Positions 28,341 to 37,791 are shown, counted from the stretch's first letter. The stretch: 64,000 nucleotides of DNA from an uncultured Pseudomonadota bacterium (GCA_964446935.1 CAYUQI010000002.1:194-64193); one strand, 5' to 3'. The notes: generated by a model not told the origin, from the sequence alone. A program made the numbers and translations.

Positions 28341-28758
28341 TTAATAATCCCACGCATCGTTTTTATTGAGTGCATAAAAGAGATCTTTTCGATAAAAGTT
28401 AAGTTGGATTTCTAATTGTCTTAAGCGTTCATCTCTCTGCTCAAATTTCGGTTGATTAGCTACAAGGGTAAGTTGTCGCTCTAGTGCTTGTATCTTATTC
28501 TGTAAAATTAATACTTTAAATTGTGGTTTGTCACAAAGTTTTTTTAAGAAGCGACATGTTGTTTGAAGCGATAATAGGTCTACCGAATCGAGCTTGGCTG
28601 CTATTTCAGTTAATATGTCATCGGGTAGTTGCGATAAACTTGTAGTTGATGTAGCTGCTGGTGATTGTTCTATGGCTTGAACAGTTGGATTAGATGCTAT
28701 ATAGGTGAAGAAACACCATATAGGTTGCTCTGAATGTTTTGGTTATAACGGTATTCAT
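28341..28758 (-). pseudogene. F-box protein gene disrupted by a 1-nt frameshift near its 5' end
   Basis: A 133-codon open frame (28344-28742) has no ATG/GTG/TTG. It encodes ..SLSQLPDDILTEIAAKLDSVDLLSLQTTCRFLKKLCD.. (F-box motif). ATG 28758 opens a 22-codon frame offset by one nt; joining the two would give a normal signal peptide. Confidence 0.55.
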
Positions 28759-29149
28759 GATAAATCCTTTCATGGATTATTAAAATTCAAAAATAACTAC
28801 AAAGAAACCATTGCGTATTTAAAACGTTAAACACGCACTATTCTTGTTCGACAAGGTGCTACAAAAATAAAAAATAAAATGAAAATAAGGGGGGATTTAA
28901 TGGGAATGATGGTGATGATGTCGATGATGCATCGACAGGGTAGAAATAGAAAAGATGACGTTAGAAGTAACGTCTAAAGAACATTTTGATGAGAAAAATA
29001 AGGCATTTTGCCTTTGCTGTATCGGAATCATAATGTCCTCCGAAAGGGTTATTAGATCTTTGTGGTTAGATCTCCATGATCTAACCAGGAATGGCCATAA
29101 TTCATTAAAGAAACTGGCCGTGCCAACCGAAGCTCGATAGAGCGAAGGC

Positions 29150-29523
29150 TGGTGGAGGCGATGGGAGTCGAACCCATGTCCGCAGTAAACAAAGTACTCA
29201 GTCCTACATGTTTATTCCTTGTTTATACTCCTACACAAAAGCAAGGAATCCTGCGTGTAAGAGCCGATTGAGTGTACGCTGTTGGTTACACATTCGGAAA
29301 AGTCTTGCCAACAGGTTCTATCTGAATAATACGAGTATTACCAACTGATAGACACGCCAGTAATACAAGAGCTACTCAGTTACTAATTAAGCAACGTATG
29401 CAGCTTGTGAATGACCAAAGTCATCACTTATTTGATTTGAAGGATTCTTTAACGAGTTTCTTCCTCCAAAACTCGACATGCGCTCAGTACATCGTCTATT
29501 ACGTCGAGACCAATTACGCCCCC
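29150..29523 (-). ncRNA. ssrA: tmRNA (SsrA)
   Basis: 5' GGGGGCGUAAUUGGUCUCGACG and 3' ..GGGUUCGACUCCCAUCGCCUCCACCA form a tRNA-Ala-like acceptor stem with a G3-U70 pair. The internal tag frame ends ..CAA GCU GCA UAC GUU GCU UAA (..QAAYVA*). Confidence 0.9.
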
Positions 29524-29618
29524 GGATTTTTCAAAGATCTTTACAAATTCTTTGCTCAGTATAGGATAAAATTGCTGAATGTCAATTTATCCCTATTTGT
29601 AAGGATTTTCTGTAGGTT

Positions 29619-30452
29619 ATGAAAACTAAAACAACACCACAATTTTTTAAAATTGATAGAGACAATTCAAAAAAAAGGTCATTTCCGTTCAAAAAAAAGG
29701 CCTTTGGCCAGCATTTTTTACGCAGACAGTCGGTGGTTGATCATATGATCGACAAAGTTGTCATTACCCCGGAGACTTCAGTTCTTGAAATCGGTTGTGG
29801 CGATGGCTTTTTGACTCAATCCATTCTATCTCAGACGAAGTGCAAGCAGCTTGTTGGTTATGAAATTGACCGAGAATGGGCCTTTGTTGTTAAGAAAAAA
29901 ATTAAAGACCAGCGATTTATTCTTAAAAATGAAAATTTTTTAGAAGTTGATTTTTCATCCTTTGAAGCATCAAAGCCATGGGTATTGCTGGCTAATCTTC
30001 CTTATCAAGTTACCTTTCCAATTCTTTTTCTTATACAAAAGCATAAACACCTTTTTACTGAAGGTGTGGTAATGGTTCAGGAAGAGGTTGCACAAAAGAT
30101 TGTTGCCAAAGAAGGTCGTAGTTTCAATCCAACGACACTTTTTTTACAATACCATCTCCAATGGGAATTGATGGAAAAAATTGAACCTGCGGCATTTGAG
30201 CCTCCTCCCAAGGTATTCTCACGGTTGCTCTATCTTAGGCCTCGTCCTGATGCTCAAGAAATTCCAGAAGAAGAAAAGTTTTGGAAATTTTTAAAGCTTT
30301 GCTTCAGATCCCCACGACAAACATTACGTAATAATCTTAAAACTACCCATTTTCAGTTAACTAAAATTCCATCCGAGATACTTAGTCTTCGTGCTCAACA
30401 AATGTCATTTGAGCAATTTTTGAAGTTGTGGGGTACCTTGATTGAGGTATAA
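29619..30452 (+). CDS. rsmA: 16S rRNA (adenine1518/1519-N6)-dimethyltransferase
   Basis: FGQHFL, VLEIGCGDGFLT (SAM motif) and LLANLPYQVT. Confidence 0.85.
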   Translation: MKTKTTPQFFKIDRDNSKKRSFPFKKKAFGQHFLRRQSVVDHMIDKVVITPETSVLEIGCGDGFLTQSILSQTKCKQLVGYEIDREWAFVVKKKIKDQRFILKNENFLEVDFSSFEASKPWVLLANLPYQVTFPILFLIQKHKHLFTEGVVMVQEEVAQKIVAKEGRSFNPTTLFLQYHLQWELMEKIEPAAFEPPPKVFSRLLYLRPRPDAQEIPEEEKFWKFLKLCFRSPRQTLRNNLKTTHFQLTKIPSEILSLRAQQMSFEQFLKLWGTLIEV

Positions 30453-31576
30453 ATGTTCTGTTTTTCCTGGTCAATAAGCCAGGCGACGGTATTGTTGTGA
30501 ATGACGCGCAATCCTACTGCTAAGTACTCAAGCACCTTGGTCGGTCGCGAAACCCAATTGATAACATCTGGTTCTCGAAACAAAAGTCCTGCGTCTGCAG
30601 CGGCAAGATATTGGAGGAGTTGTTGGGGTGGGACGTTCAAAATTCGATAAGCGTTGGGTGGTATGCGGTGTTTTCCAAAGATGTTGATAAAGGGCTCTTT
30701 ATCGGTTGTGTAAATGAGCAATATGCTATGTGAGTTTTGTTTATGTTGCTCAATAAAAAAATGTATGATTTCTTCTGGACACTGCCATGGCTTGTATGAG
30801 CCGCTGTAACAATAGGCATATGTGTCAAGAGGAATTGCCAGTTGTTTACGAATGACATCACGCCATTCTTGTCTTTGTTCCAGGGGAATGACACGAGGGA
30901 TATCTCGCATTGCCAGCGATATCTTTGATGAATGTGCATTAAATTTTTTAATAAGATAATCCTTGAGCGCCGGACTGACTGCTTCAATGATAACATTGCT
31001 AGGAATATCATGAGCATCTCTTTGTCGATATGCTTCTTTCTCAATATGTTTAAGCGATTTATAGATAAGACAACAATAACAGCTTTTAAATAAAGGCGTT
31101 TTCTCTTTAATCTTAGCATAGCGGAATTCTTCGGCAGCGAGGCCTCGTGCTTGAATGATAAGAGGGGGGAGGTGCCTGTATTCCCTTTTTCTTCCATTAC
31201 GCAAATGTTTTGCTGCTATATTGCGAAGTACATTAATACAAATCCAACCGGCTAATGGGCCTCGTGCAATGATTGTGGTACTTGGCATTTTACAAAACAA
31301 CCAAAAAAGTTGCCAACTGCTAATCCATAAGCTTAAGGTACCAATAAATGGTACCTTTTTGAGAAGAACAACATGAAGACGATCATGAGCAGGAATAAGA
31401 CTCATGAGCTTTTCTGCTGAAAGTTGTTTTCGTTCAAATGAGACAAGTGTGATTTCTAACGAACGATTGGCTTCAAGTTGATCCAATAAGGGCCGAAGGA
31501 CAATGCTACTAAATACTGAATTGGTGACACTGTCGTAGATTACGTACATACTATGTTTGTTGGCAGATTCCAACAT
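30395..31576 (-). CDS. GT-B fold glycosyltransferase-like protein
   Basis: C-terminal pattern LLQYLAAADAGLLFREP..RPTKVLEYLAVGLRVI resembles the GT4 nucleotide-sugar binding half. The N-terminal half was not recognised. Confidence 0.45.
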   Translation of the reverse strand: MLESANKHSMYVIYDSVTNSVFSSIVLRPLLDQLEANRSLEITLVSFERKQLSAEKLMSLIPAHDRLHVVLLKKVPFIGTLSLWISSWQLFWLFCKMPSTTIIARGPLAGWICINVLRNIAAKHLRNGRKREYRHLPPLIIQARGLAAEEFRYAKIKEKTPLFKSCYCCLIYKSLKHIEKEAYRQRDAHDIPSNVIIEAVSPALKDYLIKKFNAHSSKISLAMRDIPRVIPLEQRQEWRDVIRKQLAIPLDTYAYCYSGSYKPWQCPEEIIHFFIEQHKQNSHSILLIYTTDKEPFINIFGKHRIPPNAYRILNVPPQQLLQYLAAADAGLLFREPDVINWVSRPTKVLEYLAVGLRVIHNNTVAWLIDQEKQNIYTSIKVPHNFKNCSNDIC

Positions 31577-31620
31577 AAAACCCTTTTTTGACGGTTAAAG
31601 GACCTAGGAGGAAATAGTGT

Positions 31621-34011
31621 ATGAAATTTATTAAATCTTTTGAAACAATAAATATAAATGACATTGGTCTTGTTGGGGGCAAGAACGCTTCGCTCGGCGA
31701 AATGATACAAAATTTGAGCAAAAAAGGAGTTCTTATTCCGTCAGGGTTTGCTATTACTGCTGATGCATATCGTGCTCATTTGGCAAGCAACAACCTTATT
31801 GAGCCTATAAAAAAAGCGCTTGCTTCGATGAATAAGAAAAAATTGGATGATTTTGCAGCCCTTGGGCATGATATTCGGTTAATGATTCGTAGCGCCTCAT
31901 TGCCTGATGAAGTTGTGCAAGAAATACGGCAAGCATATCGTGACATGGAGCGGCGTTATGGCGCTCGTTGCGATGTTGCGGTTCGCTCATCGGCAACTGC
32001 TGAGGATTTGCCAGAAGCCTCGTTTGCTGGTCAACAAGAAACGTATTTGAATATTCGTGGAGAAACCGAACTGCTTATTGCTTGCGTGCGATGTTTTGCC
32101 TCATTGTTTACCAACCGTGCTATTTCTTATCGAATGGACCACAATTTTGATCACATGAGTGTTGCGTTGTCTATTGGCGTGCAAAAGATGGTGAGATCAG
32201 ATAAGGCAACTTCCGGTGTTATTTTTACCCTTGATACTGAAAGTGGTTTTAAGGACGTTGTTTTTATTACTGGATCATATGGGTTGGGTGAAAATGTGGT
32301 ACAAGGTACCGTAAACCCTGATGAATTTTATGTTTTCAAACCAACTCTCAAGACGGGCCACACCCCAATCCTTAAAAAGCGACTTGGAACAAAGTTGCTG
32401 AAAATGGTTTATGTGCAGGAGGGCAATGCTGTTACTAAAAATGTTCGAGTACCACTTGAAGAACGGCAGCGTTTTTCGCTGAGTGATGCAGAAATTATTG
32501 AGCTTGCGCATCAAGCATTGATTATCGAGGAACATTATTCAGCCCGTAAGGGAAGTTGGTGTCCGATGGATATTGAATGGGCCAAGGATGGTGATGATGG
32601 CAAGTTGTATATTGTCCAAGCTCGGCCAGAGACCGTTCATTCGAGTAAGCAGTATGCTACTGTTTTTGAAGAATATATATTACAAAAAGGGGCAAAAGAC
32701 ACTCACACATCGCTGTGTATTGGTAAAAGCATTGGCCGAAAAATTGTTACAGGCAAAGCACGTGTCGTGGAATCAGCAAAAATGATCAGTTCGGTTAAGG
32801 CTGGGGAGATTTTGGTAACAGATATGACCGATCCTGACTGGGAACCAATTATGAAAATTGCCGGGGGAATTGTTACCAATCGTGGAGGCCGGACGTGCCA
32901 TGCTGCCATCGTGAGTCGCGAGCTTGGTATCCCTGCCATTGTAGGAACGACGCATGCTACTGGCAAAATAAAAACAGGACAAACCATTACCGTGGATTGT
33001 AGTAGCGGTGAAGTAGGTGTTGTGTATGATGGCGCAGTACCCTTTGAAATTAAGAAAGTTCCTGTTGATAAGCTCAAAAAACCGCCGGTTGATATTTTGA
33101 TCAATTTAGGAAATCCGGATGAGGCGTTTTCTTTATCGCGGTTGCCTGTCAGTGGTGTTGGTTTAGCGCGGCTTGAGTTTATTATTAATAACAGCATTCA
33201 AATACATCCAATGGCCTTGGTGTATCCGGAAAAAGTTACGAGTGCTGATGATAAAGCAGTCATTGATTCATTGACGATTGAATATAAGGATAAAAAACAA
33301 TTTTTTGTCGATAAACTAGCACAAGAAGCAGGAACTATTGCTGCTGCTTTTTATCCTAAGCCCGTCATTATTCGTATGTCCGATTTCAAGAGCAATGAAT
33401 ATCGTAAATTGATAGCAGGTTCCTTTTTTGAGCCCGAGGAAGAAAACCCAATGATTGGCTTTCGCGGTGCATCGCGTTATTTCCATGAACAGTACAAAGA
33501 AGCATTCAAACTTGAATGTTTGGCGATGAAAAAGATTCGTGAGGACATGGGGCTGGAAAATGTTGTGCTTATGATTCCCTTTGTTCGTACGGTTCAAGAA
33601 GCCCAGGCTGTTATCAATCTTATGAAATTACATGGCTTGGAACAAGGCAAAAAGGGGCTTGAGTTTTACATGATGTGTGAAGTTCCTTCAAATGTTATTT
33701 TGGTTGATAAATTTAGCAAAGTTTTTAATGGTTTTTCTATAGGTTCTAACGATTTGACACAAATGACCTTAGCGGTTGATCGCGATTCGACACTTGTAGC
33801 GCCTATTTTTAATGAACGGGATGAAGCGGTTAAGACAATGATATCCATGGCTATTAAAGGCGCCAAACGGAATAACAGGAAAATTGGTATTTGTGGGCAG
33901 GCCCCTTCTGATTATCCAGAATTTGCTGAATTTTTGATTGCTGAGGGGATCGATTCGATATCGCTTAATCCAGATGCGGTATTGAAGGAGATTTTGCTGT
34001 TGGGCAAGTGA
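31621..34011 (+). CDS. ppsA: phosphoenolpyruvate synthase (pyruvate, water dikinase)
   Basis: VGGKNASLGEM, the swivel-domain phospho-His motif GGRTCHAAIVSRELGIPAIVG, and a PEP-utilising C-terminal TIM barrel (GFSIGSNDLTQ). Confidence 0.9.
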   Translation: MKFIKSFETININDIGLVGGKNASLGEMIQNLSKKGVLIPSGFAITADAYRAHLASNNLIEPIKKALASMNKKKLDDFAALGHDIRLMIRSASLPDEVVQEIRQAYRDMERRYGARCDVAVRSSATAEDLPEASFAGQQETYLNIRGETELLIACVRCFASLFTNRAISYRMDHNFDHMSVALSIGVQKMVRSDKATSGVIFTLDTESGFKDVVFITGSYGLGENVVQGTVNPDEFYVFKPTLKTGHTPILKKRLGTKLLKMVYVQEGNAVTKNVRVPLEERQRFSLSDAEIIELAHQALIIEEHYSARKGSWCPMDIEWAKDGDDGKLYIVQARPETVHSSKQYATVFEEYILQKGAKDTHTSLCIGKSIGRKIVTGKARVVESAKMISSVKAGEILVTDMTDPDWEPIMKIAGGIVTNRGGRTCHAAIVSRELGIPAIVGTTHATGKIKTGQTITVDCSSGEVGVVYDGAVPFEIKKVPVDKLKKPPVDILINLGNPDEAFSLSRLPVSGVGLARLEFIINNSIQIHPMALVYPEKVTSADDKAVIDSLTIEYKDKKQFFVDKLAQEAGTIAAAFYPKPVIIRMSDFKSNEYRKLIAGSFFEPEEENPMIGFRGASRYFHEQYKEAFKLECLAMKKIREDMGLENVVLMIPFVRTVQEAQAVINLMKLHGLEQGKKGLEFYMMCEVPSNVILVDKFSKVFNGFSIGSNDLTQMTLAVDRDSTLVAPIFNERDEAVKTMISMAIKGAKRNNRKIGICGQAPSDYPEFAEFLIAEGIDSISLNPDAVLKEILLLGK

Positions 34012-34084
34012 TTTTGGTCGTTTGCATGTTGATAATGCAACTGGTATAATAAAACAATAGAAAAATTAAGCAGATTCTTTAAAA

Positions 34085-35002
34085 ATGGTGGTTATTATGC
34101 TTCGCAAACTAATAGTTTTTTTCGTATTTCTTAATCTAGTTGGTTCGTGCATAGGTGCGGTCAAAGAACCTCGTAGGAGGAAGCAACAGCCGCCCATTGT
34201 TTGTTTTGAATCAATTGATCAATCTACCTATGAAAAAAACGCAAAACAAAATATATATCATGGGCAGAACATGTGTGGTTTGTTTGCTACATACAATGGT
34301 CTTATGATGCTGGATCATGCTCGCACAGGAGAACAACCGACCGGCGAACGTTGTAAAAATATTGATTTGTTCAATACATGGCTTGGCAAGAATGATCAGA
34401 TTCTTAAAGACATAATAAATGACCAAACCATTAAAAAAGGTAAGTACCTCGGTGATTTGAGTGCTGACAATATCGAAGCATTGATTAAGAAACATGATTC
34501 ATCGGTTAAGAAACATGATTCATCATGTAAAGATGTTTCAATCGTCATTCAGTGGCGTGATTTTGAAAAAGCGTTACGCGGTATGTATGACACTATGAAA
34601 TCGTTTCGGCGTGATAAGGATCCACACTTGGTTATTGTTCATGCCAATAATCACTGGATTGCGATTGTTATTCTTGAGCATGAAACATGGTGTATGGATT
34701 CTTTCAATGACACAACAACAACCGATCCTATTGTAACTCGTGTTGATACCCTATTTCGAAGAGACTCTCTATCTTCACAACGCGTGCATGTACGCGAGAA
34801 ACGCAAAAGAAAGCAAATAACCCCAAAAAAAGATCCAAAGGATGTTGTTGAACTTTCTGATTCTGATGACGATGCTGATAAAAGCGTAGACAAAAATCAG
34901 CACAAAAGCGTTAAAGAGTCAGAAGACAAAAAGCATGATGTTCAAAAAACAGGCATCCAACCTGATGCCTCATCAGATAATTCTGGTTGTTCTATCCAAT
35001 AA
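34085..35002 (+). CDS. exported papain-fold cysteine protease with Josephin-like motif arrangement (candidate deubiquitinase) and a basic/acidic tail
   Basis: HGQNMCGLFATYNGL (Gln..Cys) and NHWIAIVILEHETWCMDS (His to Asp spacing of 15). Compare ataxin-3 QEGSLCAQHCLNNL and EHWFTVRKLGKQWFNLNS. The tail contains EKRKRKQITPKK. Confidence 0.45.
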   Translation: MVVIMLRKLIVFFVFLNLVGSCIGAVKEPRRRKQQPPIVCFESIDQSTYEKNAKQNIYHGQNMCGLFATYNGLMMLDHARTGEQPTGERCKNIDLFNTWLGKNDQILKDIINDQTIKKGKYLGDLSADNIEALIKKHDSSVKKHDSSCKDVSIVIQWRDFEKALRGMYDTMKSFRRDKDPHLVIVHANNHWIAIVILEHETWCMDSFNDTTTTDPIVTRVDTLFRRDSLSSQRVHVREKRKRKQITPKKDPKDVVELSDSDDDADKSVDKNQHKSVKESEDKKHDVQKTGIQPDASSDNSGCSIQ

Positions 35003-35115
35003 CAAAAAAGTGCTGCAAATTCTTAAAATATTGCTCCTCTGGCTCAGCTAAGAGCATACTCAATACAGTTTCATTGGGGTTTGGTTTTTGAAGTGGTCAA
35101 AAACGAGGGGGGAGT

Positions 35116-35982
35116 ATGAAAATTCAAAACCAATTTATTGTTTCGATTATAGTTTTCTTTTTATACGCAGTATATGTCCATGGTGCGGTCAAGAAGGAAA
35201 AAAAAGATCAAAAGTCGCATTCTCAAGTTAATACAGAATTTAATTTAGCCGCCAAAGCTGGGTCTCTTAAAAAGCTTAAACAAGCTATTGATGAGGACGC
35301 CTCTATTGATTATGTAACTCCACGAACAGGGTGTGGATCGATTCATTGGCTTGCCACAAGTGGTGATATAACAGCGATAGAAGTTTTGTTGAAAAATGGT
35401 GCAGATGTTAACCAAAAAGATGATATGGGTAGAACATGTCTTTTTTCAGTGCTGAGTAATGAGCATGTTAATAATCTTAAAACGTTTAATATTCTCATTC
35501 GCAAACATAGCGCTATTCTTGGTACTAAGGATAATAAAAGAAACACACTTTTTCACGCGGCAGCTGCAATAGGATCTACGTTTTGGATCAATACTTTGTG
35601 GGCTACTATTTGCGAAAAATTTCCGGAGGAAGTAGCTAGCGGCCTGTTAAAAATGGAAAATATCGATCACAAAACAGCTCTTGATTTAGCACAAGGGCAA
35701 TATGATTTTGCGGAAAAAAGGTATCAGAAGGCTCTTGATTCAAGTTCAGATCAAAGCAATGACCATTCAGTGATTAATCGTGCGAACAAGATGAAAAAGT
35801 ACAAAACCGTTATTACAACAATTGAGCAGCTATTGCATATCAAGCCACATGAAGAGAATAGTACGCAAAGTAGTAGTACGCAAAGCAGCAGTACTGCTAC
35901 CCCTGCCCCATTGACCAAAATGAATAGCTTTGCGCCTGAGGATGATGATGGTCTTGGATCTGCTAGTAAAGATGATAGGTAA
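35116..35982 (+). CDS. exported ankyrin-repeat protein
   Basis: Signal-like N-terminus. ANK motifs GSIHWLATSGDITAIEVLLKNGADVNQKD and NTLFHAAAAIGS. Ser/Thr/Gln-rich tail with a STQSSS repeat. Confidence 0.8.
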   Translation: MKIQNQFIVSIIVFFLYAVYVHGAVKKEKKDQKSHSQVNTEFNLAAKAGSLKKLKQAIDEDASIDYVTPRTGCGSIHWLATSGDITAIEVLLKNGADVNQKDDMGRTCLFSVLSNEHVNNLKTFNILIRKHSAILGTKDNKRNTLFHAAAAIGSTFWINTLWATICEKFPEEVASGLLKMENIDHKTALDLAQGQYDFAEKRYQKALDSSSDQSNDHSVINRANKMKKYKTVITTIEQLLHIKPHEENSTQSSSTQSSSTATPAPLTKMNSFAPEDDDGLGSASKDDR

Positions 35983-36111
35983 ATATATGAATCGTTCATT
36001 CTGCCAAAATCAATAAAAATCTTGATTTACTGACATTTAGCTTGTTTTTGTTCTACACTCTATTCATGAAACGTTAGTATGTAGGGTGGTTTGTAATGCA
36101 AAGAGGACACA

Positions 36112-37023
36112 ATGGTGTTGAAGGATATCTCAGTCCCACTGACAGTACCGGAAAAATCACGCGATATTTTTTGTCAAAATTATAGCAAGGCCACCAATAG
36201 TACCGGTCGGCTTTTTTTATTTGCGGGGGATCAAAAAGTTGAACATCTGAATAAAGACTTTTATGGGCCAGGAATTGATCCTGAAGATGCCTCACCTGAC
36301 CACCTGTTTGAAATAGCAAGTAAGGCCAAGATAGGCGTTTTTGCTACGAACTTGGGTCTTATTGCTCGTTATGCAACTAATTATTACAATGTGCGCTATA
36401 TGGTAAAACTGAACGGCAAGACCGATCTAGTATCTGCACAGCAGGCTGAACCACGAAGCCGTTGTTGGTCAACAATACAACAGGTAGCGTCGGTTAAAGC
36501 ACGCACCGGGCTTGATATCGTTGGTGTAGGATTGACGATATATCTTGGTAGTGAATATGAGGCTGAAATGTTGGCAACGGCAGCTGAAATGATTTATGAA
36601 GCACATCAGATAGGTCTTTTGACAACGGTGTGGATGTACCCACGAGGCAAGGCAGTAAGCAATGAACGGAGTGCTGAGATTATTGCCGGTGCTGCCGGGG
36701 TTGCTGTGTGCTTAGGTGCAGATTTTGTGAAAGTTAATCCACCAGAGGCAGCTAAAAGCCTTGAAAGCGCCCAATTATTACGTCAAGCAACGGCGGCAGC
36801 TGGTAATACACGTGTAATTTGTTCTGGCGGTTCAAGTAAAAAAGAGCTCGATTTGTTACACGAGGTGTACAATCAAATTCATGTTGGTGGTGCTATGGGT
36901 GCCGCCATTGGCCGTAATATTCATCAAAAAAATACACAGCAAGCAATCAAATTATGTAATGCATTAGCGTCGATTATTTTTGATGATGCAACGGTTGACG
37001 TTGCGCAACAATGTTTAAAATAA
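36112..37023 (+). CDS. class I (DhnA/FbaB-type) fructose-bisphosphate aldolase family protein
   Basis: GRLFLFAGDQKVEH, the MVKLNGKT segment and the ADFVKVNPP segment, as in DeoC/LacD/DhnA aldolases. Confidence 0.65.
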   Translation: MVLKDISVPLTVPEKSRDIFCQNYSKATNSTGRLFLFAGDQKVEHLNKDFYGPGIDPEDASPDHLFEIASKAKIGVFATNLGLIARYATNYYNVRYMVKLNGKTDLVSAQQAEPRSRCWSTIQQVASVKARTGLDIVGVGLTIYLGSEYEAEMLATAAEMIYEAHQIGLLTTVWMYPRGKAVSNERSAEIIAGAAGVAVCLGADFVKVNPPEAAKSLESAQLLRQATAAAGNTRVICSGGSSKKELDLLHEVYNQIHVGGAMGAAIGRNIHQKNTQQAIKLCNALASIIFDDATVDVAQQCLK

Positions 37024-37041
37024 CCGAACAGGGGGTGGGGT

Positions 37042-37788
37042 ATGCGTTTCAGACGTATAAAAGAATACGCCAAGTTCTTGAAAAGTTTATTCAAAATAAA
37101 TGTTCGGTTGTTATGGGGGATGTGGCGGTTAACCAAACTTCCGCAACCTGCCATTACGGTATTTGGTGGTTCTCGAATTCCTCATGACAGTATTCATGCT
37201 AAGATGGCGACTGAATTAGGCAAAATGCTTGCCGGTGATGGGTTTTCTATTATTACCGGCGGTGGCCCGGGCATTATGGCGGCCGCCAATCAAGGTGCTA
37301 TTGAGTATTTAAAAGAGTGTCATATCAATGGTAATCGGTGTCATAACGAAGTAGTTTCTGCCGGTATTGGGTTATTGCGCCTTAATATCGAAAAGACAAA
37401 TCCTTACCTACAAGAAAATATACAAATGACACACTTTTTTTCCAGAAAATGGTTGCTTGTTCGTTATTCAGTTGGTTTTGTGATATTCCCTGGTGGGTTT
37501 GGCACCCTTGATGAGTTGTTTGAAATTGTTACTCTTGTTCAATGTAATAGAATGGCGAAGGCTCCTATTATCCTTATGGATAAAAGTTATTGGCAACCAT
37601 TGATGGAGTGGGTTGATCATCGTGCGTTGGCATATCAATTAATCTCCCCAGCCGATAAGAATATTTTTACCGTTGTCGATACGGTCGAAGAGGCTTTTAC
37701 TATAATCCATGATTGCTGTAAAGGAATGGAAAAGTCGGTGCTGTATAATGGTGGTGAGCGGCAGAATAATGCCGGTGAACAGAAATAA
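37042..37788 (+). CDS. LOG-family (TIGR00730-type) nucleotide phosphoribohydrolase
   Basis: GGGPGIMAAANQGA and PGGFGTLDELFE motifs. Confidence 0.8.
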   Translation: MRFRRIKEYAKFLKSLFKINVRLLWGMWRLTKLPQPAITVFGGSRIPHDSIHAKMATELGKMLAGDGFSIITGGGPGIMAAANQGAIEYLKECHINGNRCHNEVVSAGIGLLRLNIEKTNPYLQENIQMTHFFSRKWLLVRYSVGFVIFPGGFGTLDELFEIVTLVQCNRMAKAPIILMDKSYWQPLMEWVDHRALAYQLISPADKNIFTVVDTVEEAFTIIHDCCKGMEKSVLYNGGERQNNAGEQK

Positions 37789-37791
37789 AAA

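Noticed and set aside
28955-29140. Track ORF of 61 aa on the + strand
   Set aside because: No SD and no recognisable motif. It sits in hairpin-rich DNA immediately 3' of tmRNA (for example GGTTAGATC-tccat-GATCTAACC at 29064-29086). More likely tmRNA 3' flank or processing structure.
29398-29622. Track ORF of 74 aa on the + strand
   Set aside because: It lies antisense across the 5' half of the tmRNA gene (29150-29523) and overlaps the rsmA start. No SD.
30637-31197. Track ORF of 186 aa (-) inside the glycosyltransferase-like gene, and 31155-31376 (+)
   Set aside because: These are alternative-frame or antisense ORFs fully nested in the longer 393-aa ORF, which has the GT-B-like C-terminal motif.
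32703-33197. Track ORF of 164 aa (-) within ppsA
   Set aside because: It is antisense to the strongly motif-supported PEP synthase swivel domain. Typical shadow ORF.
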